Shown here: piece by piece, positions 1 through 9,489 of the stretch
Layout: the number at the start of each line of letters is the position of its first letter
How positions within the stretch are numbered: position 1 is the stretch's first letter
From: an uncultured Erysipelotrichaceae bacterium
GTDB taxonomy: Bacteria > Bacillota_I > Bacilli_A > Erysipelotrichales > Erysipelotrichaceae
Length of the DNA stretch: 32,000 nucleotides
Direction of reading: 5' to 3'
NCBI GenBank assembly: GCA_942493105.1
Contig: OW818668.1
Location: forward strand, 1,560,001-1,592,000
The notes under the pieces: model-generated
Seen by the model: the letters and a program-made list of their open reading frames with translations, nothing else
Database searches by the model: none
Told to the model about the DNA's origin: nothing
Translations under genes and position numbers: made by a program

Positions 1-1080
1 GAAGTTGGGGTCGTAGACAGTGGTGGTGCTGGATTTGTGGTTGTTTTAGAAGGATTTTTCTCTGAATTAAGTGGAATTCCTGTTGAATTGGTTGAAGATA
101 CTGGTGAAATCGCCGGTGTACAATCGCAGCTTGAAAACGATGAATTTGGTTATTGTACAGAACTCATCATCAAACTCAATCCAGAAGTTATTCCTGACTT
201 TTCTGAAAATCATTTACGTGAACAATTATCTGACTTAGGTAATTCAATCGTCGTCGTTCAAGACGAAGAAATCGTCAAGATCCATGTTCATACATTGAGT
301 CCTGGTGATGTCTTGAATTTAGGCCAAGCCTATGGTGAATTATTAAAAATCAAATCAGATAATATGCAGTTGCAACATGAACATGCTGCTACCTTTGTTG
401 CAGAACCTAAACCAAAGAAAAAATATGCTTTGATCGCTGTGGCATCCGGTGATGGATTGACTCGGTTATTTAAAGACGACTATCGCGTTGATTTAGTGAT
501 CAGCGGTGGTCAGACCATGAATCCTGCCACTGAAGATTTTGTTGAAGCCATAAAATCTTTAAATGCTGAACATATCTTTATCTTACCAAACAATGCTAAT
601 ATCATCCTTGCTGCTCAGCAAGCTGAATCTTTGATGGATGAAGTCGATGTCCATGTTATCCCAACCAAGAGTATCCCTCAGGGACTCAGTGCTTGTGTCA
701 TGTTTAATCCACAAGTGGATGTCCATGAAAACTTAGCTGAAATGACAGAAGCATTTAAACATGTCAAAACAGGTTTGGTTACTTATGCCATTAAAGACAG
801 TACGATTGATGGATTAAACATCAATGAGAATGATTATATGGGTATTCATGATAAGGCCATCGTAGTATCTGTTCCTTCTAGAGTAGAAGCGGTTCATACT
901 TTACTTCATAACTTAGTCACATCAGAAGATGGTTTAATTACCTTGATTGTTGGAGAAGATGTCGATGAAGATGAACAAGCAGATTTGGAAACCTACATTA
1001 CGGAGCATTTCGATGCCTGCGAAGTGGATGTCCATAAAGGACATCAACCGGTGTACTCCTACATTATCGGTGTTGAATAA
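1..1080 (+). CDS. yloV: DAK2-domain fusion protein YloV family, 5'-truncated at the window edge
   Basis: Frame 1 is open from base 1 (EVGVVDSGGAGFVVVLEGFF...), so the ORF-track start at 37 is internal. The C-terminal YloV-like region and the position upstream of recG match the Bacillus yloV...recG neighbourhood. Confidence 0.7.
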   Translation, partial: EVGVVDSGGAGFVVVLEGFFSELSGIPVELVEDTGEIAGVQSQLENDEFGYCTELIIKLNPEVIPDFSENHLREQLSDLGNSIVVVQDEEIVKIHVHTLSPGDVLNLGQAYGELLKIKSDNMQLQHEHAATFVAEPKPKKKYALIAVASGDGLTRLFKDDYRVDLVISGGQTMNPATEDFVEAIKSLNAEHIFILPNNANIILAAQQAESLMDEVDVHVIPTKSIPQGLSACVMFNPQVDVHENLAEMTEAFKHVKTGLVTYAIKDSTIDGLNINENDYMGIHDKAIVVSVPSRVEAVHTLLHNLVTSEDGLITLIVGEDVDEDEQADLETYITEHFDACEVDVHKGHQPVYSYIIGVE

Positions 1081-1101
1081 GGGCTTTAGCCCTTTTCTTT
1101 T
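1079..1101 (+). terminator. Intrinsic-terminator-like hairpin between yloV and recG
   Basis: AAGGGC-TTTA-GCCCTT (6-bp GC-rich stem) followed by TTCTTTT. The T-run ends directly at the recG ATG (1102). Confidence 0.5.
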
Positions 1102-3102
1102 ATGGGAAACATTACTGTTCTTCGTTTAAGTTCAAAAATGATCGAGAAACTACATTTAGCCCAACTAGATTCATTGGAAGATTTATTGCGTCATTATCCA
1201 TCAAGATATGAAACCATCGAAGATCTTCCTTTTGATCAATGGAAAAAAGGGGAAAAGATCTCAATCGAAGGACAAATCATTTTGCCGGTCAGAACAAATC
1301 GCATCAAAGGCAAACTAAGTGTGTCTAGATTTATGTTTCAGACGCGTTATGGATTATTTAATGTTTCGATCTTTAATCGACCTTGGATTTCAAATATGAA
1401 AGGAATCATAACCATTTTTGGACGCTATGATGGTGAACATACCATCACTGCATTGCAGTATAAAGGTCAAGCATTATCAACCTTGATAGGAATTCATCCA
1501 GTTTATCGAGTAACTCGTGATTTAACCCAAGTAGAAATACAGAAAGTAATCGATAAAGCATTATCTTTACGCGATCTCGCACTCATCGAAGAGATCCCTG
1601 CAGATCTTAAATCTAAATACAAGCTTTTATCGATTAAGCAAGCATTGAAATGGATTCATCAACCGACAGGTTTCGAAGAACTGAAACAAGCTGTACGAAC
1701 TTTGAAGTATGAAGAATTCTTAAGATTTCAAACCAAACTACAGTTTGATCGACATGAGAATATTGAAGTTCAAGCAGGAAAGATGAAGTTGTTTGATCGT
1801 CGAACGATCCAACAATGGATTCCTCATCTTCCTTTTACATTGACCCAAGCACAATTAAAAGTGTTAAACGAGATATTAAACGACCTTCAATCCACAAAGA
1901 GGATGTATCGTTTACTACAAGGAGATGTTGGAAGTGGAAAAACTGTGATCGCTGCTTTAGCCATCTATGCGACCCATTTGGCTCATTTTCAAAGTGCAGT
2001 ATTGGTTCCTACTGAAATCCTGGCGAAACAGCATTATGCGACCTTAAAAACGTATCTGCCAGATACCATGCGGATCGAACTGTTGACAGCTTCAATGCCA
2101 GTAAAAGTAAAAAAAGATATACTAGAACGATTGTCTCTCCATGAAGTTGATGTTTTAGTGGGGACACATGCGTTGATTTCTGAAGATGTCAAGTTTGAAA
2201 ACTGTGGACTTGTGGTCGCTGATGAACAGCATCGCTTTGGGGTCAATCAAAGACGCTTGTTGAGTTCAAAAGGTGAGAAAGTAGATTTCTTATTGATGAG
2301 CGCAACACCGATTCCTCGGACCATGGCCAACGTCTTGTTTGGAGACCTAGAAATTTCAACCATTGATCAATACCATCAATCTAGACAAAAGATACATACA
2401 AGATTGATAAAGGATTTAAATCTAAAAGCTTTGATTCCCCAGCTTAAAAGCTTCCTTCAAGAAAACCAACAGATCTATGTGGTCTGTCCAGCTATTGATT
2501 CAGACAATGAACTTGAATTAAATGATGTCAATAGCGTATTTAAGACACTTAGAAAGCTTTTAGATCCAGAAGTAACCATAGATACCCTTCATGGTAAATT
2601 AAGCACTGAAGTCAAAGAAACGGTTCTACAGCGGTTTACTTCAGGTCAAACTCAGATTTTAGTAACAACAACTGTCATTGAAGTAGGGGTCAATGTGTTA
2701 AATGCCAATGTGATGATCATTTATGATGCCGATCGTTTTGGGTTGAGTCAGCTACATCAATTGCGTGGAAGAGTTGGACGTGGTCAAGATGAAGGAACTT
2801 GTTTCTTGTTGACTGAAAGTGAAGAAGAAACAGCGCTTGCGAGAATGCAAGTATTATTGGATACGACGGATGGGTTTATCATCGCTGAAAAAGATCTTGA
2901 ATTAAGAGGACCTGGAGAAATCTTTGGATTGAAACAAAGCGGGATCCCAAGCTTTTTGATTGCCAATGTCGTATTAGATCAAAACATCCTTTTGACAGCG
3001 TTAGGAGATGCTAAAATGATGATCGCTCATTCATCTGATCCGCTTTATAAAACATGGATCGAGGACTGTCTGCTTGAACACAGTACCCAACTGTTAGATT
3101 AA
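1102..3102 (+). CDS. recG: ATP-dependent DNA helicase RecG
   Basis: 666 aa. Walker A GDVGSGKT, DEQHRFG box, TTVIEVGVNV and QLRGRVGRG helicase motifs. N-terminal wedge/OB-like region with DLLRHYPSRYE. Confidence 0.95.
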   Translation: MGNITVLRLSSKMIEKLHLAQLDSLEDLLRHYPSRYETIEDLPFDQWKKGEKISIEGQIILPVRTNRIKGKLSVSRFMFQTRYGLFNVSIFNRPWISNMKGIITIFGRYDGEHTITALQYKGQALSTLIGIHPVYRVTRDLTQVEIQKVIDKALSLRDLALIEEIPADLKSKYKLLSIKQALKWIHQPTGFEELKQAVRTLKYEEFLRFQTKLQFDRHENIEVQAGKMKLFDRRTIQQWIPHLPFTLTQAQLKVLNEILNDLQSTKRMYRLLQGDVGSGKTVIAALAIYATHLAHFQSAVLVPTEILAKQHYATLKTYLPDTMRIELLTASMPVKVKKDILERLSLHEVDVLVGTHALISEDVKFENCGLVVADEQHRFGVNQRRLLSSKGEKVDFLLMSATPIPRTMANVLFGDLEISTIDQYHQSRQKIHTRLIKDLNLKALIPQLKSFLQENQQIYVVCPAIDSDNELELNDVNSVFKTLRKLLDPEVTIDTLHGKLSTEVKETVLQRFTSGQTQILVTTTVIEVGVNVLNANVMIIYDADRFGLSQLHQLRGRVGRGQDEGTCFLLTESEEETALARMQVLLDTTDGFIIAEKDLELRGPGEIFGLKQSGIPSFLIANVVLDQNILLTALGDAKMMIAHSSDPLYKTWIEDCLLEHSTQLLD

Positions 3103-3104
3103 GA

Positions 3105-3113
3105 TGATATAAT
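3105..3113 (+). promoter_or_regulatory. Extended -10 promoter (TGaTATAAT), 7 nt upstream of the rnc ATG
   Basis: TG at 3105-3106, TATAAT at 3108-3113, ATG at 3121. No Shine-Dalgarno sequence in between, so a leaderless transcript is predicted. Confidence 0.5.
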
Positions 3114-3120
3114 AAAGTCC

Positions 3121-3804
3121 ATGAAAAACCTTCACGAATGGCTATTAGCCCACCATATTGAACTGAATGATTTCACCCTGATTCAAAGGGCTTTTATTCA
3201 TAGTTCTTATTTAAACGAGAACCCCAACGAAGATTTTGAAGACAACCAACGCCTTGAATTCATCGGAGATGCTGTCTTACAGTTATGGAGTGCTAAATAT
3301 CTATATGATCGTAAACCTGCTTTATCTGAAGGTCAAATGACCAAGATGAGGGCATCTTTGGTCAATGAAGCCAGTTTGTGTAAAATGGCCATTGTCTTGG
3401 GATTGAATCAATTTTTAAGATTAGGTCAAGGTGAAATACGTGAAAATGGTATTGAAAAAGCTTCAATCGTAGCCGATATGTTTGAATCTTTCTTAGGGGC
3501 ACTTTATCTGGATTCAGGATTTGAACCGATCGATTCTTTACTTAAAAGCATCATCGATCAAATTGAACTTTCTGAAAAACATCAAAATGATGATTATAAA
3601 ACACGTCTACAAGAATTTGTTCAAGCGGATGATAAGCGTTCAATTGAATACATACTGGTGTCTGAAAGTGGACCTTCTCATGAAAGACGCTTTGAAATGG
3701 CAGTCTATATCGATAAAATGATGTTTGGAAAAGGCTCTGGCAATTCCAAGAAAAGAGCGGAACAGGCTGCCGCGAAAGAAGCCTTAGAAAAGTTGGTACG
3801 CTGA
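3121..3804 (+). CDS. rnc: Ribonuclease III
   Basis: 227 aa. RNase III signature NQRLEFIGDAVL, plus a C-terminal dsRNA-binding domain (KTRLQE...GSGNSKKRAEQAAAKEAL). Confidence 0.95.
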   Translation: MKNLHEWLLAHHIELNDFTLIQRAFIHSSYLNENPNEDFEDNQRLEFIGDAVLQLWSAKYLYDRKPALSEGQMTKMRASLVNEASLCKMAIVLGLNQFLRLGQGEIRENGIEKASIVADMFESFLGALYLDSGFEPIDSLLKSIIDQIELSEKHQNDDYKTRLQEFVQADDKRSIEYILVSESGPSHERRFEMAVYIDKMMFGKGSGNSKKRAEQAAAKEALEKLVR

Positions 3805-5090
3805 TGAGCGATTCTCATTTTCCTGAACAACAGGGCTATACGCATGACGAAGCACTGCTTGAAGCACGTCGTTGTTTAAACTGTAAACACCAACCTTGTG
3901 TGGATGGTTGTGTGGCACATATGAATATTCCTGGCATGATCCAAGCCTTCCTGCAAGGCAACGGGGAAGCAGCCAAAGGTATTTCATCTTCTTTCAATGA
4001 TTTCTCTGAGATATGCGGAAGAGTGTGCTATCAAGAAATCCAATGCCAAGGCAGTTGTGTCTACAATAAGTTAGGTAAACCAATTCAAATCGGAAAACTC
4101 GAACGATATATTTCAGATACTTATGAGTTACCCATTGATGTCCAAACAAAGGCTCAGGGTCATATTGCGATCATCGGAAGCGGTCCTGCCGGTTTAGCTT
4201 GTGCACTAGATTGCGCAAAAGCAGGATTGAAAGTTACTGTTTATGATAAGAATGATGAAGTCGGTGGGGTATTGAGATATGGGATACCTACATATCGATT
4301 ACCAAGAAAAGTCTTGGATCGGCGTATCAATGAACTGAAACAGCTCGGTGTAGAATTCATATTAAATCAAACCATTAAAGATGAAGTCGAATATGAACAA
4401 TTGTTGTTTAAATATGATGCTTTGGTGATTGCGGTAGGTTCACCAGAAATAAACACGATCAATACAACTGGATCTGATCATCCTAAAGTCATTGGTTGGG
4501 AATATTTTCTTAAGATCGTCAATGATGGGACAGATGTCTTTGAATCGACTTTTAGAAATGTGAAAGATATCTTGATCATAGGTGGAGGCAATGTTGCGAT
4601 GGATGTTGCTAAAAGCGCTGCTTTGATGAATCGGAATGTAGATCTTATTTATCGCAGAACGATTCCTTTAATGCCTGCCAGAAGAGTTGAAATAGAAGAA
4701 TTACACAACTATAGCGTCAGAGTTCATGAACTCAGAGACCCAATAAAAATAACGCCTTTCTATGATCAAATCATCGTTTATTGTAAGAAAACAAAACTTG
4801 AAGTTTCAGAAGAATACCCACGAGGAATCATCGTCGATGACGAAGGGACCGAAGCATTCTTAGCCGATCTCTTTGTTTTGGCAATTGGTTCTTCAAATCA
4901 GGCACAAGCCATCCAAGGTTTAATCATGGATGAAAACAATAAGATCATCGTCAATGATCAACAAGAAACATCAGTACCTTTTGTATATGCAGCAGGGGAT
5001 GCGGTAACAGGTCCCAAAACAGTCGTCCATGCCTTGTCTTCAGGAAAGCGCGCAGCCAAATCGATCATTGCTGCTTTGTCACATGAATAA
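3804..5090 (+). CDS. GltD/NfnB/SudA-like NAD(P)H-dependent FAD/Fe-S oxidoreductase (glutamate synthase small-subunit family)
   Basis: 428 aa. N-terminal Cys clusters CLNCKHQPCVDGC and GRVCYQEIQCQGSC, dinucleotide fold IIGSGPAGLACA, a second GGGNVAMD fold, and a C-terminal AAGDAVTGPKTVVHA motif. Its start overlaps the rnc stop (TGATG). Confidence 0.8.
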   Translation: MSDSHFPEQQGYTHDEALLEARRCLNCKHQPCVDGCVAHMNIPGMIQAFLQGNGEAAKGISSSFNDFSEICGRVCYQEIQCQGSCVYNKLGKPIQIGKLERYISDTYELPIDVQTKAQGHIAIIGSGPAGLACALDCAKAGLKVTVYDKNDEVGGVLRYGIPTYRLPRKVLDRRINELKQLGVEFILNQTIKDEVEYEQLLFKYDALVIAVGSPEINTINTTGSDHPKVIGWEYFLKIVNDGTDVFESTFRNVKDILIIGGGNVAMDVAKSAALMNRNVDLIYRRTIPLMPARRVEIEELHNYSVRVHELRDPIKITPFYDQIIVYCKKTKLEVSEEYPRGIIVDDEGTEAFLADLFVLAIGSSNQAQAIQGLIMDENNKIIVNDQQETSVPFVYAAGDAVTGPKTVVHALSSGKRAAKSIIAALSHE

Positions 5091-8000
5091 AAACCCTTTT
5101 ATTACGATTGCTGATAAGTTAGATTTCAACACATTTGAACGTGAGTTTTTTATTGACTCGTTTTATACACCTCCCGTTTTAAACTTATCAACGAATACAC
5201 TTGAACTAAAAATTTTCTTAAAGAGAAGTTTGCCGTTTTCATTATTTAATAGATTGAATGATAAAATTTCAGGGATACTTCACTCTAAAGTAAATTTGAT
5301 CATGGACGTTGAAGAAATTGATCTTGAAACAAAAGATCAGATTCAATACATTCGATTTGTTTTGATGCATTATTTGAGTGAAGATTCGATAAAAGATATT
5401 TTGATGTCGGTAGAAGATGATGCGATCTTGTTTATGATCGATAATGAATCTCTTGAGGATCAATTGCTTGCGGTCATCTCAAAATTCCAGAATGAACTCA
5501 AGAATTATGGACTAGATTTAAAGTGCCTAGTAAAACAACGTGAAAAGCAAAATATTGTCAGTGTAGAAGATGTGGATGTGATCATCGAAAAGAAAAAAGC
5601 ACCTGTTCAATCGACATATAAACGTAAATCCATGGGTGAAGCTCAAATCCATTCGATCAGTGCTTTGTATGAAGGCCAACGTGAAGTTAAAATAAGAGGT
5701 CGAGTCTTTAACATTGAAAGTCAGATGGTCAAGGGTAATACTGTTCAGCGTATGACTGTCTATGTTCATGATGAGACAGATGCGATTACTTTTACAGTGT
5801 TTAATGAGAAAGAAGAAGATCGTATAAAATATGGAAAGCTCAACATTGGTCAACATTTATTGATGTTTGGGGATGTTAAATCGGATACCAAGAGTGAGTT
5901 GATTTTTAGTCTACGCCAATATGAAGAAATTGATGATTGGATGTTTATTGATGACATTTCTGATCAAAAACGCGTAGAGTTGCATGCACATACCAAAATG
6001 TCTGAAATGGATGGGGTTGCTGATGTAGAATCTTACCTAGATAAAGCTTTTAAATGGGGTCATGAAGCCTTTGCGGTTACAGATCACTTTACGGTTCAAT
6101 CCTTCCCCAAAGCTCAGCGTAAGGTTAAAGCTTTACTTAAACAATATCCTAATCGTAAGTTTAAAATGATATACGGTTGTGAAATGAGCATGTCTGAAGA
6201 TGTTTTGACTGCTGTTTCAAATCCTAAACAACAGAATTTACAAGACAGTGAATATGTTTTGTTTGATTTAGAAACTACTGGATTATCCAATCAATATGAC
6301 CGTATCATAGAATTTGGAGCTGTAAAAGTTAAACAAGGTTTGATTTTAGAAAGATTACAAATGTTTGTCAAAGCACCAGTTAAACTTAGTCCGTTTATTC
6401 TTGAAAAAACAGGCATTAAACAAAGTGATGTCGATCAGGCCCAAGATGAAGAAACCTATCTTGATGTATGGACAGCTTTTTTTGGTAATGCGATCTTGGT
6501 TGCACATAATGCTAACTTTGATATAGGATTTATCAATGAAGCAATGGTCAGAGGAAATAAGCCACGTTTGACCAACACGGTCATTGATACTTTAGCTTTA
6601 TCAAAACTTTTACTAGATGATAAACGAACTTATCGTCTAGGATCGATCGCCAAACACTATAAGATCAACTATGATGATGCCACTGCTCATCGTGCAGATT
6701 ATGATGCTGAGATCCTAAAGGATGTATTTGCTAAACTTCTGGATGATGCACAAAACAGATTCTGTTTATTGACTGATGATCTAAATGGTTTAAATAAAGA
6801 AAGTAGTTTTACCAAAGCCATTGGTAAGCATGTTATTTTGATTGCTAAAAATGCAGATGGTTTAAAAGATCTCTTTAAGTTGGTCACGATTGCCCATACA
6901 GAAAGAATGAGTGCTGATGCTAAAAATGAAGAGTCTATTGTAGAACCTCGTTTAACAAGAACCGATTTACAGAGTTATCGCGAAAATTTATTGATTGGTT
7001 CAGCATGTTTCAACGGCGAAATATTTGAGATTGCCACAAATCGAAATCAACATGAGTTACAAGAAGCTTTGAAATTCTATGACTATGTTGAAATTCAACC
7101 TTTATGTAATTATCAACCCATGCTCGATAATGGAGTCGTGCCTTCAGCTGAGCGCTTAAAAACGATTTTACAAAACATTACTGAAAGTGCCCAAATGTTA
7201 AATATCCCTGTTGTCGCAACCGGTGATGCCCATTATTTGAATCCTAGTGATAAGATTTTCAGAGACATCTGTATCAATTCAAAAGGGACAGGGAAGAGCC
7301 GTCATCCTTTATATTTATACAATCCTGAACGACGACAGAAATCCTCATCACCTCATCAACACTTTCGTTCTACTGAGGATATGCTGGATCAATTTTCATA
7401 TCTTGGCGCGAAGAAAGCATTTGAGTTGGTCGTATTGAATACAAATCTTATCGCCAATCGATGTGAAGTTATTTATCCCATCAAAGATCAACTCTATACC
7501 CCAAGCATTGAACATGCCCAAGAGAACCTACAAAAGGTCGTATATTCTAATGCGCATCTCATGTATGGGAACCCTTTGCCTAAAGTCGTATCAGATCGAG
7601 TTGAAAAAGAACTGCAATCAATTAATACTCATGGTTTTGCGGTCATTTACTATATTGCACATCTTTTAGTTAAGAAATCTCTAGATGATGGCTATATTGT
7701 AGGATCTCGTGGATCTGTTGGTTCTTCTTTGGTTGCGACATTAAGTAAAATTACCGAAGTCAATCCTTTACCTCCGCATTATGTGTGTGGTTCCTGTAAT
7801 TATTCTGAATTCTTTACGGATGGATCGATCGATAGTGGCTATGACTTACCTAAAAAACTCTGTCCTAAGTGTAATTCCATGATGAAACATGATGGACAAG
7901 ACATACCTTTTGAAACGTTCTTAGGTTTTGAAGGGGATAAAGTTCCAGATATCGATTTGAATTTCTCATCTGAATATCAAGAATTTGCCCATGCCTATAC

Positions 8001-9396
8001 TAAAGTACTCTTTGGAGATAAACATGTCTTTCGGGCAGGGACCATTTCTACCATCGCTGAAAAGACGGCCTTTGGCTACGTCAAAGGTTACATGGAAGAG
8101 ATGAACATCACGACGCCCTTTAAGAGTGCCTATCGAGCTTATTTAGCCAAAGGCTGCGAAGGGGTCAAACGCACATCGGGTCAACACCCAGGAGGAATCA
8201 TCGTCATACCTCAAGATATGGACGTTCACGATTTTACACCTGTCAATTATCCAGCCAATAAGCTCAATGCGGATTGGTTAACCACACATTTTGAATTTGG
8301 AGACATTCATGATAATGTCTTGAAACTGGATATCTTAGGCCACGTTGATCCAACTGCGATGAAAATGCTTGAGAAAATAACAGGAGTTCCTGTTGATTCA
8401 ATTCCGATGAATGATCCTGAAACAATATCCTTGTTTAACTCGATCCAAGCATTGCATGCTGAAGAAACCTATGATGAGAAAACTGGGGCTGTTGGTTTGC
8501 CTGAGTTTGGGACCTCCTTTGTAAGACAAATTTTGGGTTCTACTAGACCTAATAAGTTTTCAGATCTGGTTAAGATTTCTGGGTTATCCCATGGGACCGA
8601 TGTATGGCTCAACAATGCGAAAAATTCAATTGAAAGTAAAGTAACGACTTTTGATGAAGTCATTGGTTGTCGAGATGACATCATGCTTTATTTGATTCAC
8701 AAAGGTTGTCCGTCAAAAGTTGCCTTTGATATCATGGAAGCTGTTCGAAAAGGCAAAGGTCTTAAAGAAGAGCAAAAATCTGTTTTGTATCAACATAAAG
8801 TACCTCAATGGTACATTGATTCATGTCAACGCATTAAATACTTGTTTCCCAAAGCACATGCGGTTGCCTATGTCATCATGGCTGTCCGCGTTGCTTGGTT
8901 CAAAGTACATTATCCTATGCATTATTATGCTGTCTACTTTACACTTCGGTGCTCTGCCTATGAATATGAAACCATGGTCAAACCGACACGTGTCATACGC
9001 AGTCGTCTACTTAACATTCAACAGCGTCTCAATGATGTCAATTTGAAAAAAGATGTGAGCTCTAAAGAAAATGATCTTATTTCAACTTTGGAAGTCGTTT
9101 ATGAAATGAATTGTCGAGGTTTCAAGATTGCACCACTTGATCTTGAACTTTCACAAGCCTCTGAATTTACCATACATCCTAATGATCCAACATCTTTGAT
9201 TCCTCCGTTTATCATCCTGGACGGATTAGGCGAAAACGTCGCCAAATCGATCGTTGAAGAACGTCAGATAAAATCATTCATATCAAAAGAAGATCTTCAA
9301 AAAAGAACTTTGATCAACAATACCCAGATCAACCGTTTTGTTGAATTGGGCTTACTAGAAAACCTAGATGATAAAAATCAGATGTCTTTCTTTTAA
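5083..9396 (+). CDS. polC: DNA polymerase III alpha subunit, PolC type
   Basis: About 1437 aa from the ATG at 5083 (MNKNPFITIADKL). The ORF-track start at 5029 lies inside the upstream gene. PHP domain (ELHAHTKMSEMDG), inserted DEDD exonuclease (FDLETTGLS ... HNANFDIGF ... HRADYDA), zinc module CGSCNY...CPKCN, polymerase core. Confidence 0.95.
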   Translation: MNKNPFITIADKLDFNTFEREFFIDSFYTPPVLNLSTNTLELKIFLKRSLPFSLFNRLNDKISGILHSKVNLIMDVEEIDLETKDQIQYIRFVLMHYLSEDSIKDILMSVEDDAILFMIDNESLEDQLLAVISKFQNELKNYGLDLKCLVKQREKQNIVSVEDVDVIIEKKKAPVQSTYKRKSMGEAQIHSISALYEGQREVKIRGRVFNIESQMVKGNTVQRMTVYVHDETDAITFTVFNEKEEDRIKYGKLNIGQHLLMFGDVKSDTKSELIFSLRQYEEIDDWMFIDDISDQKRVELHAHTKMSEMDGVADVESYLDKAFKWGHEAFAVTDHFTVQSFPKAQRKVKALLKQYPNRKFKMIYGCEMSMSEDVLTAVSNPKQQNLQDSEYVLFDLETTGLSNQYDRIIEFGAVKVKQGLILERLQMFVKAPVKLSPFILEKTGIKQSDVDQAQDEETYLDVWTAFFGNAILVAHNANFDIGFINEAMVRGNKPRLTNTVIDTLALSKLLLDDKRTYRLGSIAKHYKINYDDATAHRADYDAEILKDVFAKLLDDAQNRFCLLTDDLNGLNKESSFTKAIGKHVILIAKNADGLKDLFKLVTIAHTERMSADAKNEESIVEPRLTRTDLQSYRENLLIGSACFNGEIFEIATNRNQHELQEALKFYDYVEIQPLCNYQPMLDNGVVPSAERLKTILQNITESAQMLNIPVVATGDAHYLNPSDKIFRDICINSKGTGKSRHPLYLYNPERRQKSSSPHQHFRSTEDMLDQFSYLGAKKAFELVVLNTNLIANRCEVIYPIKDQLYTPSIEHAQENLQKVVYSNAHLMYGNPLPKVVSDRVEKELQSINTHGFAVIYYIAHLLVKKSLDDGYIVGSRGSVGSSLVATLSKITEVNPLPPHYVCGSCNYSEFFTDGSIDSGYDLPKKLCPKCNSMMKHDGQDIPFETFLGFEGDKVPDIDLNFSSEYQEFAHAYTKVLFGDKHVFRAGTISTIAEKTAFGYVKGYMEEMNITTPFKSAYRAYLAKGCEGVKRTSGQHPGGIIVIPQDMDVHDFTPVNYPANKLNADWLTTHFEFGDIHDNVLKLDILGHVDPTAMKMLEKITGVPVDSIPMNDPETISLFNSIQALHAEETYDEKTGAVGLPEFGTSFVRQILGSTRPNKFSDLVKISGLSHGTDVWLNNAKNSIESKVTTFDEVIGCRDDIMLYLIHKGCPSKVAFDIMEAVRKGKGLKEEQKSVLYQHKVPQWYIDSCQRIKYLFPKAHAVAYVIMAVRVAWFKVHYPMHYYAVYFTLRCSAYEYETMVKPTRVIRSRLLNIQQRLNDVNLKKDVSSKENDLISTLEVVYEMNCRGFKIAPLDLELSQASEFTIHPNDPTSLIPPFIILDGLGENVAKSIVEERQIKSFISKEDLQKRTLINNTQINRFVELGLLENLDDKNQMSFF

Positions 9397-9398
9397 AC

Positions 9399-9427
9399 TT
9401 GATTATTTCTATTAAATTGTGTATAGT
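9399..9427 (+). promoter_or_regulatory. Sigma-A-type promoter for the rimP-nusA-infB operon
   Basis: TTGATT (9399-9404), 17-nt spacer, TATAGT (9422-9427) preceded by TG. Confidence 0.5.
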
Positions 9428-9444
9428 TATGGCGTATCTTAATT

Positions 9445-9468
9445 AAGGAGTGGTTCTGGCCACTCCTT
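9445..9468 (+). terminator. 9-bp hairpin serving as polC terminator and/or rimP-nusA leader attenuator (decoy SD paired to an anti-SD)
   Basis: AAGGAGTGG-TTCTGG-CCACTCCTT, followed by the interrupted T-tract CATTATTGTAT. It lies downstream of the predicted promoter and upstream of the real RBS AAGGAG (9480-9485). Confidence 0.55.
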
Positions 9469-9489
9469 CATTATTGTATAAGGAGCTTT

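Noticed and set aside
5527-5856. 109-aa ORF antisense to polC. The alt-frame or antisense ORFs at 5269-5463, 6699-6887, 7247-7438, 7463-7669, 8469-8684 and 8720-9046 are similar.
   Set aside because: They lie entirely inside the well-supported polC reading frame. Their composition is low-complexity and Ile/Phe/Asn-rich, typical of AT-rich off-frames. None has an RBS or promoter.
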